Shown piece by piece: positions 28,261 to 40,840 of a stretch of 64,000 bases of DNA. The notes under the pieces are model-generated. The model had not been told where the DNA came from, did no database searches, and worked only from the letters and a program-made list of their open reading frames with translations. The position numbers were made by a program, and so were the translations under genes. Origin of the DNA: the human T2T-CHM13v2.0 reference genome, Homo sapiens; NCBI RefSeq assembly GCF_009914755.1, contig NC_060931.1; one strand, given 5' to 3'. Numbering within the stretch: the stretch's first letter is position 1; each line of letters begins with the position of its first letter.

Positions 28261-31200
28261 CTCTGAGATACATAAACTTACCTCCTGAAGGCAATTATCT
28301 ATTAACCCAAACCCCAGTGGGCCCACCTTTTATGAACTTGCAGTGGCTGCAAATGATATGCAGATACTGTTCAAGTTTTAAAATGCCACCAAGTGCCTCA
28401 TGATGCTCAGCACCTCCATTGGTAATAGCACAGGCGAGGCAGTGTGATGGCATGAAGTATGGCTGTTTCTGAGTGGGTTAGTGCACGTAACTGCGGAGCA
28501 GACCCCATTGTTATGCTGCTCCATTCCCCTAGTTCCCTCGCTGCCTGTATCTGATCTGTGGGCAGCATTCCACTTACGTCAAAAATAACGTCAATCTAGT
28601 GAAAAAAACTGTATGACTCACAGTATTACTGTAGGGAACTGGTCTCTGTGTAATATGATATATAGCATCCTAATTTCTTAGAGCATTTTTCATAACAGCT
28701 GCTAAAATCATCAAATCCATTAAATTCTTTTAAAGGATCCAATTTGTAGCAGTATTGAAAATAGTCTTAAAATGCAGGTATAGAGGTGGAGTCTCTCTCA
28801 CTCAAAACTGCTCTGTCATTAGCTACTTCATATCTTCTGTGTATTTATCTGTCTGTATTTATTGATTCACCTCAGTCTTCTCCTGTTCTGTATTTCTAGC
28901 TGCATTGCGTCAGAGGTAGGCTATTTCAGAGACTGGAGGGTCTGAGAAAAATGGAAGATAAGAAAGCAGAGGAGGAAAAGGAAATTTTCCGCTGACCCTT
29001 ATGGACAACAGAACAAGGCACACTGGAGAAACGAGGAAAAGAAAGAACTGAGGTCTTGGGCTTATGAAAGCAGTGTAATATTATTGACTAAAATATCTGT
29101 AGAGAACGAATGACAGTGAGAGAAATGGCCACTTAAGCCTTTACATCTAGCAGCACATAACTTAGAAACACTGAGCCAGTTGGATTTCCCCTGCCACACT
29201 GCCATCCACAAAACTGACAGCTATTTTTCTTTGTAAGAATTTTATTCTTGGATATATGTAAAGCCAAAAAAAATCCCTCAGTGTTGGGGGTTTTTGTTTC
29301 CTCTGATGCTATATGCTTCTGCAAGTTTGCAAAGTTAGCCCTTGACATGTGCTTTTGTTGGGAACATAAAGTAAGACCAAAAAGAGGACTCAAAGAAGGC
29401 AGAAGAATGTGAAGTTTACTTCCAGACTTGAGATTGACCTTCCAGAAGGAGAATAGGCTTCTGAAGCCTGAGCTCTATTCACTCTCTGTCACAGATTAAC
29501 TGTGTGGTGCAAGTTAATACACAAATTGACCTTCTTTAAGCCTCAGTTTTCTTATATGAGAAATAAGCTGGGACCAGAATCCCAAGGTTATTTTGAGTTG
29601 TAATATTAGGATTTTTGTATTACATGATGGAAAAAGATAGCATGTGATGGTCAGTCACCCTTCTAGTTACCCAGCAGCATAAATCTTATACACATTTTCC
29701 TTCCGTGTACACACGTGTCCTCTAATACTGTTAAGGGAGACATATTGCATGTAGTGTCTTTGGTAGGTGCTTCTTGTGGACAGTATTCCTTCCAGCTTCC
29801 TTCTGGTGTAAATGCTATTAAGGCGAAAGTTTTCAACTTCATCCTATTTTTCTGGTTCTTTTAAAAAATTATTTTTAGAATGGAATATAAATTACTGATT
29901 TGTAATCCATGAATCACTGCAATAAAGTAGCTCTGTGATATTTGCTTTCAGACCTTCAAAAATTGTTAACTGCATACAATGTGTTGTTGGCTACTTAGGT
30001 ACCGGATATAAGGCACAACTTTTTAGATTCCAGCTAACAGCATCATAAATAGATATAATTTTATGTGTGTGCTCAAGCAGTTTGCACCTAGTCAGCTAAT
30101 GTTAAAGCAGATACACCAGATTGCCATTTTTGGGTTGTCTGACACAAGCACCAGGCAAATTATTGAATAGTAATAGAGCAAGGAGTCCCAGAGTAAATTT
30201 TCTGCACTATTAAAACCTGCTAATAAGTAGTTCTGATTTTCTCTCACTTATATTTGTTCAGCTTCCATTGATGGAGTACCTATTGTAGTCCTGGATATTG
30301 GGTTCCATACCAGATCCTCAGGGCCAGCATTCTACTGCAAAAGGAACCATGTTTACAAAAGTGGAGTGAGATTCTTCCTTGGGTCTTTTTGTCACTTAGT
30401 AGCCAAAGCTGTTATTAAACCAACCAGACCAAAATAAAAAATCATCCAGGAAGTAATTTATTCTATACTTTTCAACATGTCATCCTTTTTTTTTATCATG
30501 TTATCTAACATATAGGGAAGATTAATTATAATATTTTAGATGGAGCCTATTGGAGAAATGAGTTTCCTAGACTAGTCACGTCATATATGATTTTATAACC
30601 CAAAACACCAAACTCTAATGGCATTAAAATCTTGCAATGGGAGGTTTATCAACACTAGCTAAATCATAGTGGATAGCCTAGTAGCCTGGAAATCAAGACA
30701 CTAGAGTAATCATGGTAGCGCATTAATTAGTTATGTAAATGAGGGCATGCTACTCAAGTTCTCTGAGCTTCAGGAGAGAAAAAAAATACTTGATTGGTAC
30801 CTCATGGGGCTGTTGTAAGGAACAAATGAGATAGAGTATGTGGCATGATTTGTATTATAGAGCATACAATCCAAATATGAGCTAGATAAGGCATAAAACG
30901 TGCAAGTACTACATACAGTGTTTCTAATTATATTACAGCTTTCATCTACGTGGTGTTCCACATTTTATATTTAAGCAAGAGCTTATAAGATTGACTCTCT
31001 CCCAGTTATCACAACTAATGAACTCTTAATGGGCAGCTACAAATATAGATTTTATCGGAAGGAGGAAATTAAAGTGATCAAGGAATTATTTTTTCTCCCC
31101 TGACATGTAAAAAGTAAAGAGACTGCTAATTAGAAAATATTTAGCTGTTCTTTATAAGTACCTGAATGGTCTGAATTTTCTGAGTATTCATTCTTCATTC

Positions 31201-32705
31201 AGATATAGGAAATGAAAAGTCAAAACCTTCTCTAAATATTGTCATTCAATGGATGTATCTCCTGGGCAAAAATGTAGTTAATTTTGTTTGTTAGAGCCAT
31301 ATACTAAGTGCTAGGTTTCATAGACAAGAGGCACAAACTGAGGTGCTTCCTTGCTTTGGTTTTGTAGTATAGCATATTTAGAGCACATCTAGAATAATGC
31401 TGTAAAAAGGAATTGCCTGAGCTAATAATATTATAAGAAATTGTTTATTCTGTTAATACAAGTACATAATTTTCTGCAACTCAGTTATTTGCACTCAATT
31501 ATTAACTCCTTGAACATGACTTCAGCTAATGACTGCCACTCTGAAGAGATAAAATAGGATTAATGATCAAACTCCTTTATTTCTAAGGAGTGATTACATA
31601 TGCAAATGAAAGGAGTAGTAGCATTTCAAATAAGTTCCACCAGAGAGTACTTTTCCTTAACCAATATCCAGGTATGTTAATGGGTACCTTTCCTTTAGAA
31701 TGTTAACTTCGGGGTCCTAACTTAAAATCTAGGTAGCAAAATTAAAGGTGGTAAGAGCCAGGCTAAAGAGGACTAATTGAATTCTCTCTGTGGCCTTTGC
31801 TGTTAATAGTTCATTTTCTTTGTGTCCCACTTTACTCTCTTTTTCTTTTAGCCTTTTTATTTAAAGACTTAAGTATTTACCCTTCGAAAATCAGTGTCGT
31901 TTCTGGTGGGGAGAGAAGGTATTCACAGAGATGAGTCAGAGGCACATACAAATAACTTGTAATACAAAGTTAGATGTTAATGAAAGAAAAGGAAATGTTT
32001 ATCCTACCTCATCCACAATACTAGTAAACTAAGTACTTACGATTTTTTAACTGTTTGTTTCTTCATTTGTGTAGCCAGACCTTGTTTCTTTTCCCCAGCT
32101 ATCGTCAATTTGCTGATTAGGTAAATTCCTCACTGGTCTTTCTACAGGTTTCAAAAAGGAACAAGGTAGATTTTCAGAAACTGTTTTGGGTTGAAAATTA
32201 TATATTAAAATGAAAATGATATAGTACCTGAAGACTGCTAGTAAATTTTGCTACAGTAAATTTATGATAGTTACCTTCTGTTGCCTGTAGTTGAACTGGA
32301 AACCTGACTTTGTAGGTTTTTTGTCCTTGGTTTCTAAGATCTGTCAACTTTTGATATACCCTCCTCTATATCTTTGGTCATCTAACTTCCCAACATGCAT
32401 ACACATAAATAGTAAATACAAATTAGTGATTTTTATAATTATATTGCAGGAAGGTTGTATGCTTTTCGGATGTTGGATTTTTATAGCGCCTTCATCATCT
32501 TTAGTGTTGGTTTCTTCCTTTGACTTTGTATATTTCTCCTAAGCCCCACTGATTTCTTGGTTATTTCTTGGTTACAGGCTGTCATGGTGGTCACCTGATC
32601 CTTACCTGATGTTACTGGTTACCTTGAGATTTTATCAGTGTCTGTGGTCTCTTCATCAGTTCTCTCCAAAGGTTTCTCTCACTGATTATCTTTCAATATT
32701 CTTAG

Positions 32706-32863
32706 ACTTGAATGAAGCAGTCCCAGAGACAGAGCGCCTGGATTCAAAAGCACTGAAAACTCGAGCCCAGCTCTCTGTGAAGAACAGACGCCAGAGACCC
32801 TCTAGGACAAGACTGTATGATAGTGTTAGTTCCACAGATGGGGAGGACAGTCTAGAGAGAAAG
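32706..32863 (+). CDS. PPP1R9A: Neurabin-1 coding exon E (DLNEAVPETERLDSKALKTRAQLSVKNRRQRPSRTRLYDSVSSTDGEDSLERK)
   Basis: ttcttag|AC; 158 nt, phase 1-0; AAG|gtgagc donor; within ORF 32609..32968. Confidence 0.95.
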
Positions 32864-33362
32864 GTGAGCACCCTTGACCGTTTCCTGATTTGTACTGTTG
32901 GAGTATATCATTGTTCCTACAGCTTATTGAAGATTATGATTTTTCTGCAAACAGAGTCTATGTCCTAGTTGGTAAGCAGCTAGAATAGTTCACGTCTTTG
33001 TCTCCTGAATTCTTTATATTGTTGTAATTCAAAATATTTTGTCTATTCATTCAGTGAACTAACCAAGAGCATTATCTGTATTGTCATATTTCATGATGGT
33101 GCTTTTGATATTCAGCTATTGGTTTTACTTAGTGGGAAATAATGAACGTACAAGTAATTGTTTCTGTAGGTCTTAGGTATATGTATTAGTGACGATGTTA
33201 ATATGGTGAATTGGTATGAACCATGCATTCTCATCTGTAAATCAACAAAAACTGGTTTTCATGGGGATTCACTAATAAAAGGTTGGTCTTATTTCAAAGT
33301 AAGTATTGCATAGAACTGATACTCAGTGGCATAACCTTCCTTATAATCTCTTATACCAACAG

Positions 33363-33663
33363 CCATCAAACAGTTTCTATAACCACATGCATATTACCAA
33401 ATTACTTCCACCTAAGGGTTTGAGAACGTCTTCTCCAGAATCAGATTCTGGTGTTCCACCCCTCACCCCGGTGGATAGCAATGTGCCCTTCTCGTCTGAC
33501 CACATAGCTGAATTTCAAGAAGAACCACTGGACCCAGAAATGGGGCCTCTCTCCTCTATGTGGGGAGACACTTCACTGTTTTCTACTTCAAAGTCTGATC
33601 ATGATGTGGAAGAATCTCCTTGCCATCACCAAACCACCAACAAGAAAATATTACGAGAAAAAG
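33363..33663 (+). CDS. PPP1R9A: Alternative exon F (PSNSFYNH...KKILREK); second in-frame acceptor at 33416/33417
   Basis: ataccaacag|CCA; 301 nt, phase 0-1; AAG|gtattg donor; ORF 33306..33686; internal ttacttccacctaag|GGT lies 54 nt downstream. Confidence 0.88.
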
Positions 33664-33924
33664 GTATTGTTAATTTCTTTTTCTGACTTCATAACACCTC
33701 AGCTTGTACAGTATAAAAATGACTTTTTCTCATAATCATAAGTCATTTGTTTTCTCATAGCTAATAATTAATATTAATTTCTTTTTATATTATAGAATAA
33801 GAGAAACAACCCCTCCATGTATTTTACTTTAATTTAGTTTTATCTTTTCCTATCTGGTTCAGTATTTTTATCTCTTCAGCTCTCTATAAGTTTACTACTC
33901 AAGGGAGTTCTTCAGGGGAGTGGG

Positions 33925-34064
33925 GCAGCCCAGAGTTTCAACAAACACTAACACAGTCATAAAGAAAAAAACACTACATAGTCATATAGAAAAATATAGA
34001 GCGATTTTGTAGAATAGCAGCCCAGAGTTTCAGTAAACACTAACGTAGTCATATAGGAAAAAAA
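33925..34064. repeat. Imperfect direct duplication, period 92 nt, with a partial middle copy
   Basis: gcagcccagagtttca..aaacactaac..agtcata at 33925 and 34017. Confidence 0.85.
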
Positions 34065-34164
34065 GACGAAGATCAAAGTAACACAGGCATATAATTGATA
34101 CTTAATAATGTTCTTGGATGAATTGCTAATATACCTCTCCACGTAACCAGTGCAGATCTTCTAG

Positions 34165-34372
34165 AAGAGGGATAATCAACCGAATGTAGTCTCCACCTGC
34201 TTTTGTAAATGAAGTCTTATGGGAGTACAGTCACACTTTTTTACTTACATACTATCTATTTTCATGCTACAGTAGCAGTGTTGAGTCGTTGTGACAGAGA
34301 CTGTGTATCTCACAAACCTAAAATATTTTACTCTGTGGCCCCTGAAAGGTAAAGAAAGCTTCCTGATGCCTG
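34165..34372 (-). mobile_element. MER58A-like hAT-Charlie MITE
   Basis: Matches recalled MER58A (aaaatattt..actct.tggccc; tgacagagac); flanked by tctaga hAT targets. Confidence 0.75.
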
Positions 34373-35029
34373 GTCTAGAAGTATATTTTCTTATACTCAA
34401 AATTGCTGGATAAACTCTGAAAATGGCTTCATCATTGGTTGCCATTTATCTAGAATTTTTAAAAAGTGTTATACCTTTACTTTTGGTCTATCAAGTTACC
34501 ACAAAGATGATTAATTACAGCCATGTTTGATTGCAGGCTTGAGGATAAGGCTCTGGTTACCCTAACAGGAGTTGGCGATTTTCTGAATTGTGTCAATACC
34601 ACATTTACAAATCATTTTTTTTCATATCTGAGGGACATCAGTGGAAATTAGGATGGAGAAGTCCCATTATAACTGGCTAAATGATAAGCATCTAACGGAA
34701 TATCAAATTAGAGGAAGTAAAAGATTTTTTTCTAGAGATTTGTAAAACAGGTTATATGCCAGTAGAAGGCATGAAAATATTTTCCTCGTTCCTGTTATAT
34801 AAACAACCTAATACTAAAGTTTTGGTCCCGAGGCTTACATAGCACTGGGCCTTTGTTCAGTCAAGATTAAATAAAGTAAATTGAACACTATCAATTTTCT
34901 ACTCACAATTACTAGAGATTATTATTCTAATTTTTTGTGTGGTTAATAACACATTATTTGACCCAGAAGATGTGTTCAAAAATATTCATTGAATTAATGT
35001 CTAGTAAATAGAAACTGGCTTTTTTAAAG

Positions 35030-35890
35030 CTTTACAGGATTTATTGCTTATTAAAAGCATTGGGCCTCTGCAAGTATAGATAGAGTACAATTATATCAAC
35101 GCTCAGAAGAGAGAGAGATTGCGTCCAGCTGAGGTTGGTAAACAAAACCTATCCAAGGAAGTACAATTAGAATAGCCATCAAAGCACTTAAGGGAAAAAA
35201 AGGGTAGGTAAGGAGGGAATAGCGGGTAAAGTGATGTCATTAACAGAGACAGGCACATATCATATGATTTAAAGGTACAAGGCTATCCCAGCCTGGCTGT
35301 AGCAGTTTGCTTATGCAGGGTGGAGTAGTTACACACAAAAGTGAGCCAGTAGGTTAAGTATATAGCTTTAGAAGTTAAACATCTTAGATAACTTGCCATA
35401 TTACTAGGAAACCACAAGAAGTTTGACCAGAGGAATAAAAAGGAAAAGACACCACCAGGTATGGAGAAGCTGAGTTAGGAGACCCTATGAGGTGGTGCCC
35501 TCTAAAGAGGAGCAGTAGACAGTGACAGGAAAGAATGATTCAAGGACCCTTGAGACATACCTTGACTAGGTAACAGGTAAGAAAGTGAGGCAAAACTATC
35601 ATGGGCTTCACGCCTCAGAACATATGGTCTTGTCATTAACAGAAAATAGGAAATCAGCAACATGATGGGGGAAATAGGATTAACTCATTTTTTTAACAGA
35701 GGAGGTCATGAGCGCAAGAGAGAGGTCAGGACTGCCAGGTAGATTTGGGAGTCCCCATTATAAAGGAAGAGATAGTCAAGTATCTTATTACAGTGAGATT
35801 AAGGAGATGCAGTCCAGTACAAGACCTTAGGATTTGGCCATCAGGAGATCATTTATTATTTGAAAATGAAAACCAGGTTGCCACAGCTTA
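35030..35890 (+). mobile_element. L2-like decayed LINE
   Basis: Purine-rich L2-like phrases (gagaggtcaggactg..gtagatttgggagtc; ggatttggccatcaggagatca). Confidence 0.5.
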
Positions 35891-38054
35891 AAGTTGAGGC
35901 ACCCAATCTGGGGGCTCAGATGTATAATTGGTCACAAAGGTAGTATTGGAGAGATTTTAAAAAGCCTAACAGAAGTCTTACGTAGAGCTAAATAAACAAA
36001 ATGTATGTTTCTTTTTTCCTGAAATCATACCAATCTAATGTTGGATTTTATGCAGACTAGAAGTTCTAGTGTGCATTAAAGATGGATTTAATCGATTTTA
36101 AATGGGAAAGTACATTATTCCTTATTCTTAACATCTTCAGCCCTATGGAAGCATTCATTTCAGTGTTCCTGGGAACGCACTTTGGCAAATGTGTGAGATA
36201 AAGATGTAAGGTTGCCTAGCACCAAGCTCTGTGATAGGCAGAATCAGGCTTTTAGTCGCATGATGTCCAAATAACTGCAACACTCATGGGTTACAGAGTG
36301 TTTTCGTGTACATTGCCTCAGCTGGTCTTCTCAGCGCTCATTGTAACATCTCCCAGCTACCTCTCATTCAGGAAATAATTAGGCAGTCTCCTTTTAACTT
36401 TGCATAGTCCTAGCCATTAAGAGTTGCTTTAGGATTGATCTGGAAGAATTTGGCACTTTCTTTTCTTCAGCTTCTATTAAGAAAATTTAAATCTTGCTTT
36501 TAAAAATAAAATCCATTAGTAAAATCACCTTAGAAGGTGTTTGTGCCATGTCTATGTCTATGGATTTTTTTATATGATTGTGTCACATCTGTGACAATTC
36601 AGTTACCCAAAGAGTAATGATGCAAATATGCATAATAAATATTTGAGGCTTGAAGTGGATTTTTGACACAGACATATTTCTGACTCTTGTGTTTCATTAT
36701 GTACATTTCAGTGAGTTGCTTATTGTAATCTAAGTATCATTAACTAAAAATATGAAAAGCTCATTGCTAAAAACATTTGGAGTATTTGTCAGTGTCCTGT
36801 GCTGCTTGAGAGCTTTGAACCTAGACTGCTATCCATGAACTGTGTGTGTACTTCATGTTTTTTAAAGGTGTATGTCGATGTGTGTTGAGAAATTTCTCTT
36901 GAAGTAAACAAAAATCATGAGCAACATTAACCTGCAAAGTTAATTGAACACTTTTTTAAGAGGGCCATTCTCTTTGCCTTCCATACTAGAAAGTTCCTAG
37001 AAATTTAAAACACATTTTAAAAGATAAGAGACAGAAAAACAGATACCAAAAAAGAACTGGGGAGGAAGAGTTTCACACATAAAAAACATCAAATTTAAAA
37101 CAGCATTTGTTAATCATCTGAGCTAATTGGATATGCTGAAACGTGATGCCGATCAGTACCCTCTGCTGAATAGTTTGGGTAGAGCCTGTCCGAGATGGAA
37201 CAAGTGCCACCAGTGGAATTGGTTCCCACCTTGACATTGAACTCCATTTGCAAAGCCTGTCTTCCTATTGGCTTTTGGTATCATTTCGAGGGTCCCCATT
37301 CCCCAGCAGCTGCTACCTTTGAGAGTCCTAGAGGCAAAGATCAGTCTGCTCTGAACACTGAGGAGATTTTGGCATCTTCCACATTAAGGGGAACCAGCCA
37401 AGTTTTGCTGTAACCTAACTATTAAGAAGGCCCTTTCAAAGATATAAATGTTTTGTAGCTGAGCCCCTGTTTAAGGAGTCTCCCCCATGTCCTCCCCTCC
37501 TCTGTTCCAGGACCGGCCACAGGCCATTAGCAAAGGAGAGCCAGAGAAGAAAACTTTGACTCTGACTTTCCCCCTAAATCTCCCAGACTCTCAGAGGTGA
37601 TATTCTGCGCTGGGCTTTGGAGATACGGGAGAAGTGGGCTATGTTCCTGTTAGAAGGCACTACAACCCCAAGGCAAGAAAGGAATGGAGGACAGAGCCCA
37701 GGCACTTGAAGCCAAGAATTTGGAGCCAGAGAAGGAACAAAAGTCATGTTGGTCCCTACTTCGAATGCAGAGGATGATTTGAGAGTATTTATTCTCCCTT
37801 GTTCATTCCCATGCAGTTGAAGCTAAAACTCTTTGTGATGAATGTTGAGCCTCTGTCCTATAGAGGACCTCCCCTGCTTAACCGAGAGTTCCTCAATGTA
37901 ACTGTGTCTCCTAGGTCGTATAAGAAGGCATTGATTATTTATTTTACAATTAGGAATTTAGGCAAAGCCCTTAGATTCAGAGATGCATTGACTTTTGAAT
38001 TGTGACTTTAAAAATAATAATAATTGATCTTTTTCACAAATGTGTATATCCTAG

Positions 38055-38142
38055 ATGATGCCAAAGATCCCAAATCACTAAGGGCATCCAGTTCATTGGC
38101 GGTGCAAGGAGGAAAAATTAAGCGGAAGTTTGTGGATCTGGG
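38055..38142 (+). CDS. PPP1R9A: Alternative exon G (DDAKDPKSLRASSSLAVQGGKIKRKFVDLG)
   Basis: atcctag|AT; 88 nt, phase 1-2; GG|gtaagc donor; open in frame with exon F. Confidence 0.88.
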
Positions 38143-38240
38143 GTAAGCACTTCACGATGTAAAAAGAAAGCCCTCTGTAAAAGGAGGATTGAAAGAGAAA
38201 ATTTCAGCTTCCCCTTTCTGACTGCTTACTATCATTACAG

Positions 38241-38324
38241 GGCGCCTTTGCGAAGGAATTCCAGCAAGGGAAAGAAGTGGAAAGAAAAAGAAAAAGAAGC
38301 CAGTAGGTTTTCTGCAGGTAGCAG
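38241..38324 (+). CDS. PPP1R9A: Alternative exon H (APLRRNSSKGKKWKEKEKEASRFSAGS)
   Basis: cattacag|G after a 98-nt intron; 84 nt, phase 2-2; CAG|gtacgg donor. Confidence 0.88.
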
Positions 38325-38589
38325 GTACGGTTGTGTGATTAAGAACACGTGTATTTCTATACCTAAACTTTCTGGCCCCCTCTTCTATTGTTAACCAAAA
38401 TCAGTGGTCAGTATCTTTGAGCTAAAGTGATATGCCAAGAATTGAGATGGAAGAAAAATTGCACAATTAGTTTATATTGGTCTTACTCCAATTATAGCCT
38501 CCATCTAGCCTTGGGCATATCCATTGGTTCTTAATTGCAGAATTATGGCCACATGAACCATTTCAATAAGTGTTTATCTAAATTCAGCA

Positions 38590-38646
38590 CAAATATATCT
38601 ATGTGATACTTCAGAAATATCAAATATATTTATGTGATACTTCAGA
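38590..38646. repeat. 31-nt-period duplication
   Basis: caaatatatYtatgtgatacttcaga twice. Confidence 0.9.
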
Positions 38647-38929
38647 TTTTTTGCCTGGCTACCCACAATGCTAGTGCATTGTATTAAGTCTAAAAGGATA
38701 ATCATTTTGCATTTAAGTACCTTGTTGACATTCAAGATTGTCTTGTCCACATGTATGTAGGAGTGACCACCATCTTTTGCTGCACTTGGCTATTTAATTG
38801 ATTTTGTGGGCACTGTCAACTATGCTTAGTCTTCAGTAAAGACCTTCCCATAAAGAGCGAGCTTTGAACAGCATGTTATCAAATTTTCCCAGTTGTTTTC
38901 TGAGATTATATAATTTTAAGCTGAGATTT

Positions 38930-39170
38930 GTATAGGGAGTCAGTAAAGCATCAAGCTCTGAAGCCCAGCTGCCTGGATTTGAATCATGGCTCTCCTACTT
39001 ATAACTTTTAAATCTTGGGCAAGTGAGTTACCCTCTGTGCCTTCATTTCCTCATGTAAAATGAGAGTAATAACAGTACCTTTTACATAAGGTCAGTGTAA
39101 GGATTCAATGAGTTTTCATGTAAAACATTTAAAATGATACTTGGCATGTAGGAGGTATTCAAAGAATAAT
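38930..39170 (+). mobile_element. MIR
   Basis: ctgcctggatttgaatc...cttgggcaagtgagtta..ctctgtgccttcatttcctc. Confidence 0.75.
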
Positions 39171-39255
39171 AAAGATAACAATTTGCTGCTATTGCCATTA
39201 CTGTTACCTTATTATTATTTGCAAGTTACAAAGTAGTTTTATATTTATCATTTCA

Positions 39256-39578
<323 letters not shown>

Positions 39579-40741
39579 GATTGGGAGAGTAGATAATAAT
39601 ACCATACTTTATTGATGAAGAACTTTACCTTCATAGAATTTAATTGATTTGCCCAGGGTTATGCAGCAGGCAGTTAATGTCAACCTGGGGCTTGCTCCTC
39701 CTGTGTAGATGTTTTTCCAACATACTATGCCACCTTCAGTTACTTATGCATCTAATGATGCTTAAATTTCTTTATAAAATTTGGAAATAATCTCAATATC
39801 ATAGACTAAGGAAGAAACACACTAAAAATAAAATACTATAAAATCATGCAAGGACCACTTCTCCACTTCATGGGTTGTCCACTGCTGTTTACTTTTCTTT
39901 TTTCTCTTTTCTGACATATACCTTGGTGAGAAATTGTACCTTCTTCTTGGAATTAAAGGAGCATTAAAGGAGCATAATGGGCGGGAGATGAGGAGAGAGA
40001 ATTCCCAAATTAATTATCTTTGTTAGTGTGGCTTTCCTTTATACTGTACATTGGAAAAGGGTAGAATGCTCTCAGAATGAGGACAACAATCTCAGGAAAA
40101 TAAAGGTAAATCTGAGGCTATATGCATCTCGAAAGTAGTTTAACTTTGTGTGGTTCGGGAGTGAGAATGATCCACTTTGTGTGTTAAAATTAAGAATAGA
40201 AAAATAAAATCAAACATACTCATGGAAAAAAACAAATAATGAAACCGTTTAGGGGAGAAAGAGATGCATAAATACATGATGGGAGAGAAACTCAGATACT
40301 GAAAATGACACTGTCCTTCCTTTGGTCTCTGGGCTTTGAAGACAGTCACTCCCTCTCATCTTTGAGGCACCACCTGAGAGGGATGTGAGCACCTGCAGCC
40401 AGAAAGGGGGAGGGTGTTTGATGGAATTTTGCCATAGTAGCCAGAGATGATTCACCTCCTTGTATAAATCACAAATGAAAGTCAAGCCAATCTTGATTGT
40501 GTTGGTGAGTGCCTGCCCACCTCACTATAGGCAAAACCACAGCTTGTCAAGGGCAGGTGGCCATCAGCACACTGCTTCACCACAGTCGATGCCTGCTTTG
40601 AACCCACAGCTAGACTTCTAGATTGGCTGCCTCGCCACCACTGTATTTTTAAAACTCTGGAGTCCCCCTGATTCAGCAGTCAGAAATTATTGTACACATA
40701 CCCACACTACAAACTAGTTTCTAATTAGAATCATGATTTTG

Positions 40742-40840
40742 ATCTTTTGTAGTTCCTAAGTGTGATGATTGGGTGTTCACAGGCATGTGTGAGATGGCCT
40801 CCCTCAAACCTTGTTATGACATTGGCATACCCAAAAAAAA
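40742..40840 (+). pseudogene. U13 (SNORD13) snoRNA retropseudogene
   Basis: atcttttgtagttcctaagtgtgatgattgggtgttca...accttgttatgac matches recalled U13; A8 tail; degenerate TSD agaatcatgatttt / aaaatcatagtttt; box C present, terminal box D absent. Confidence 0.88.

Noticed and set aside
38113-38135. KIKRKF as a second PP1 RVxF site
   Set aside because: Spacing does not fit [RK]-x(0,1)-[VI]-x-[FW].
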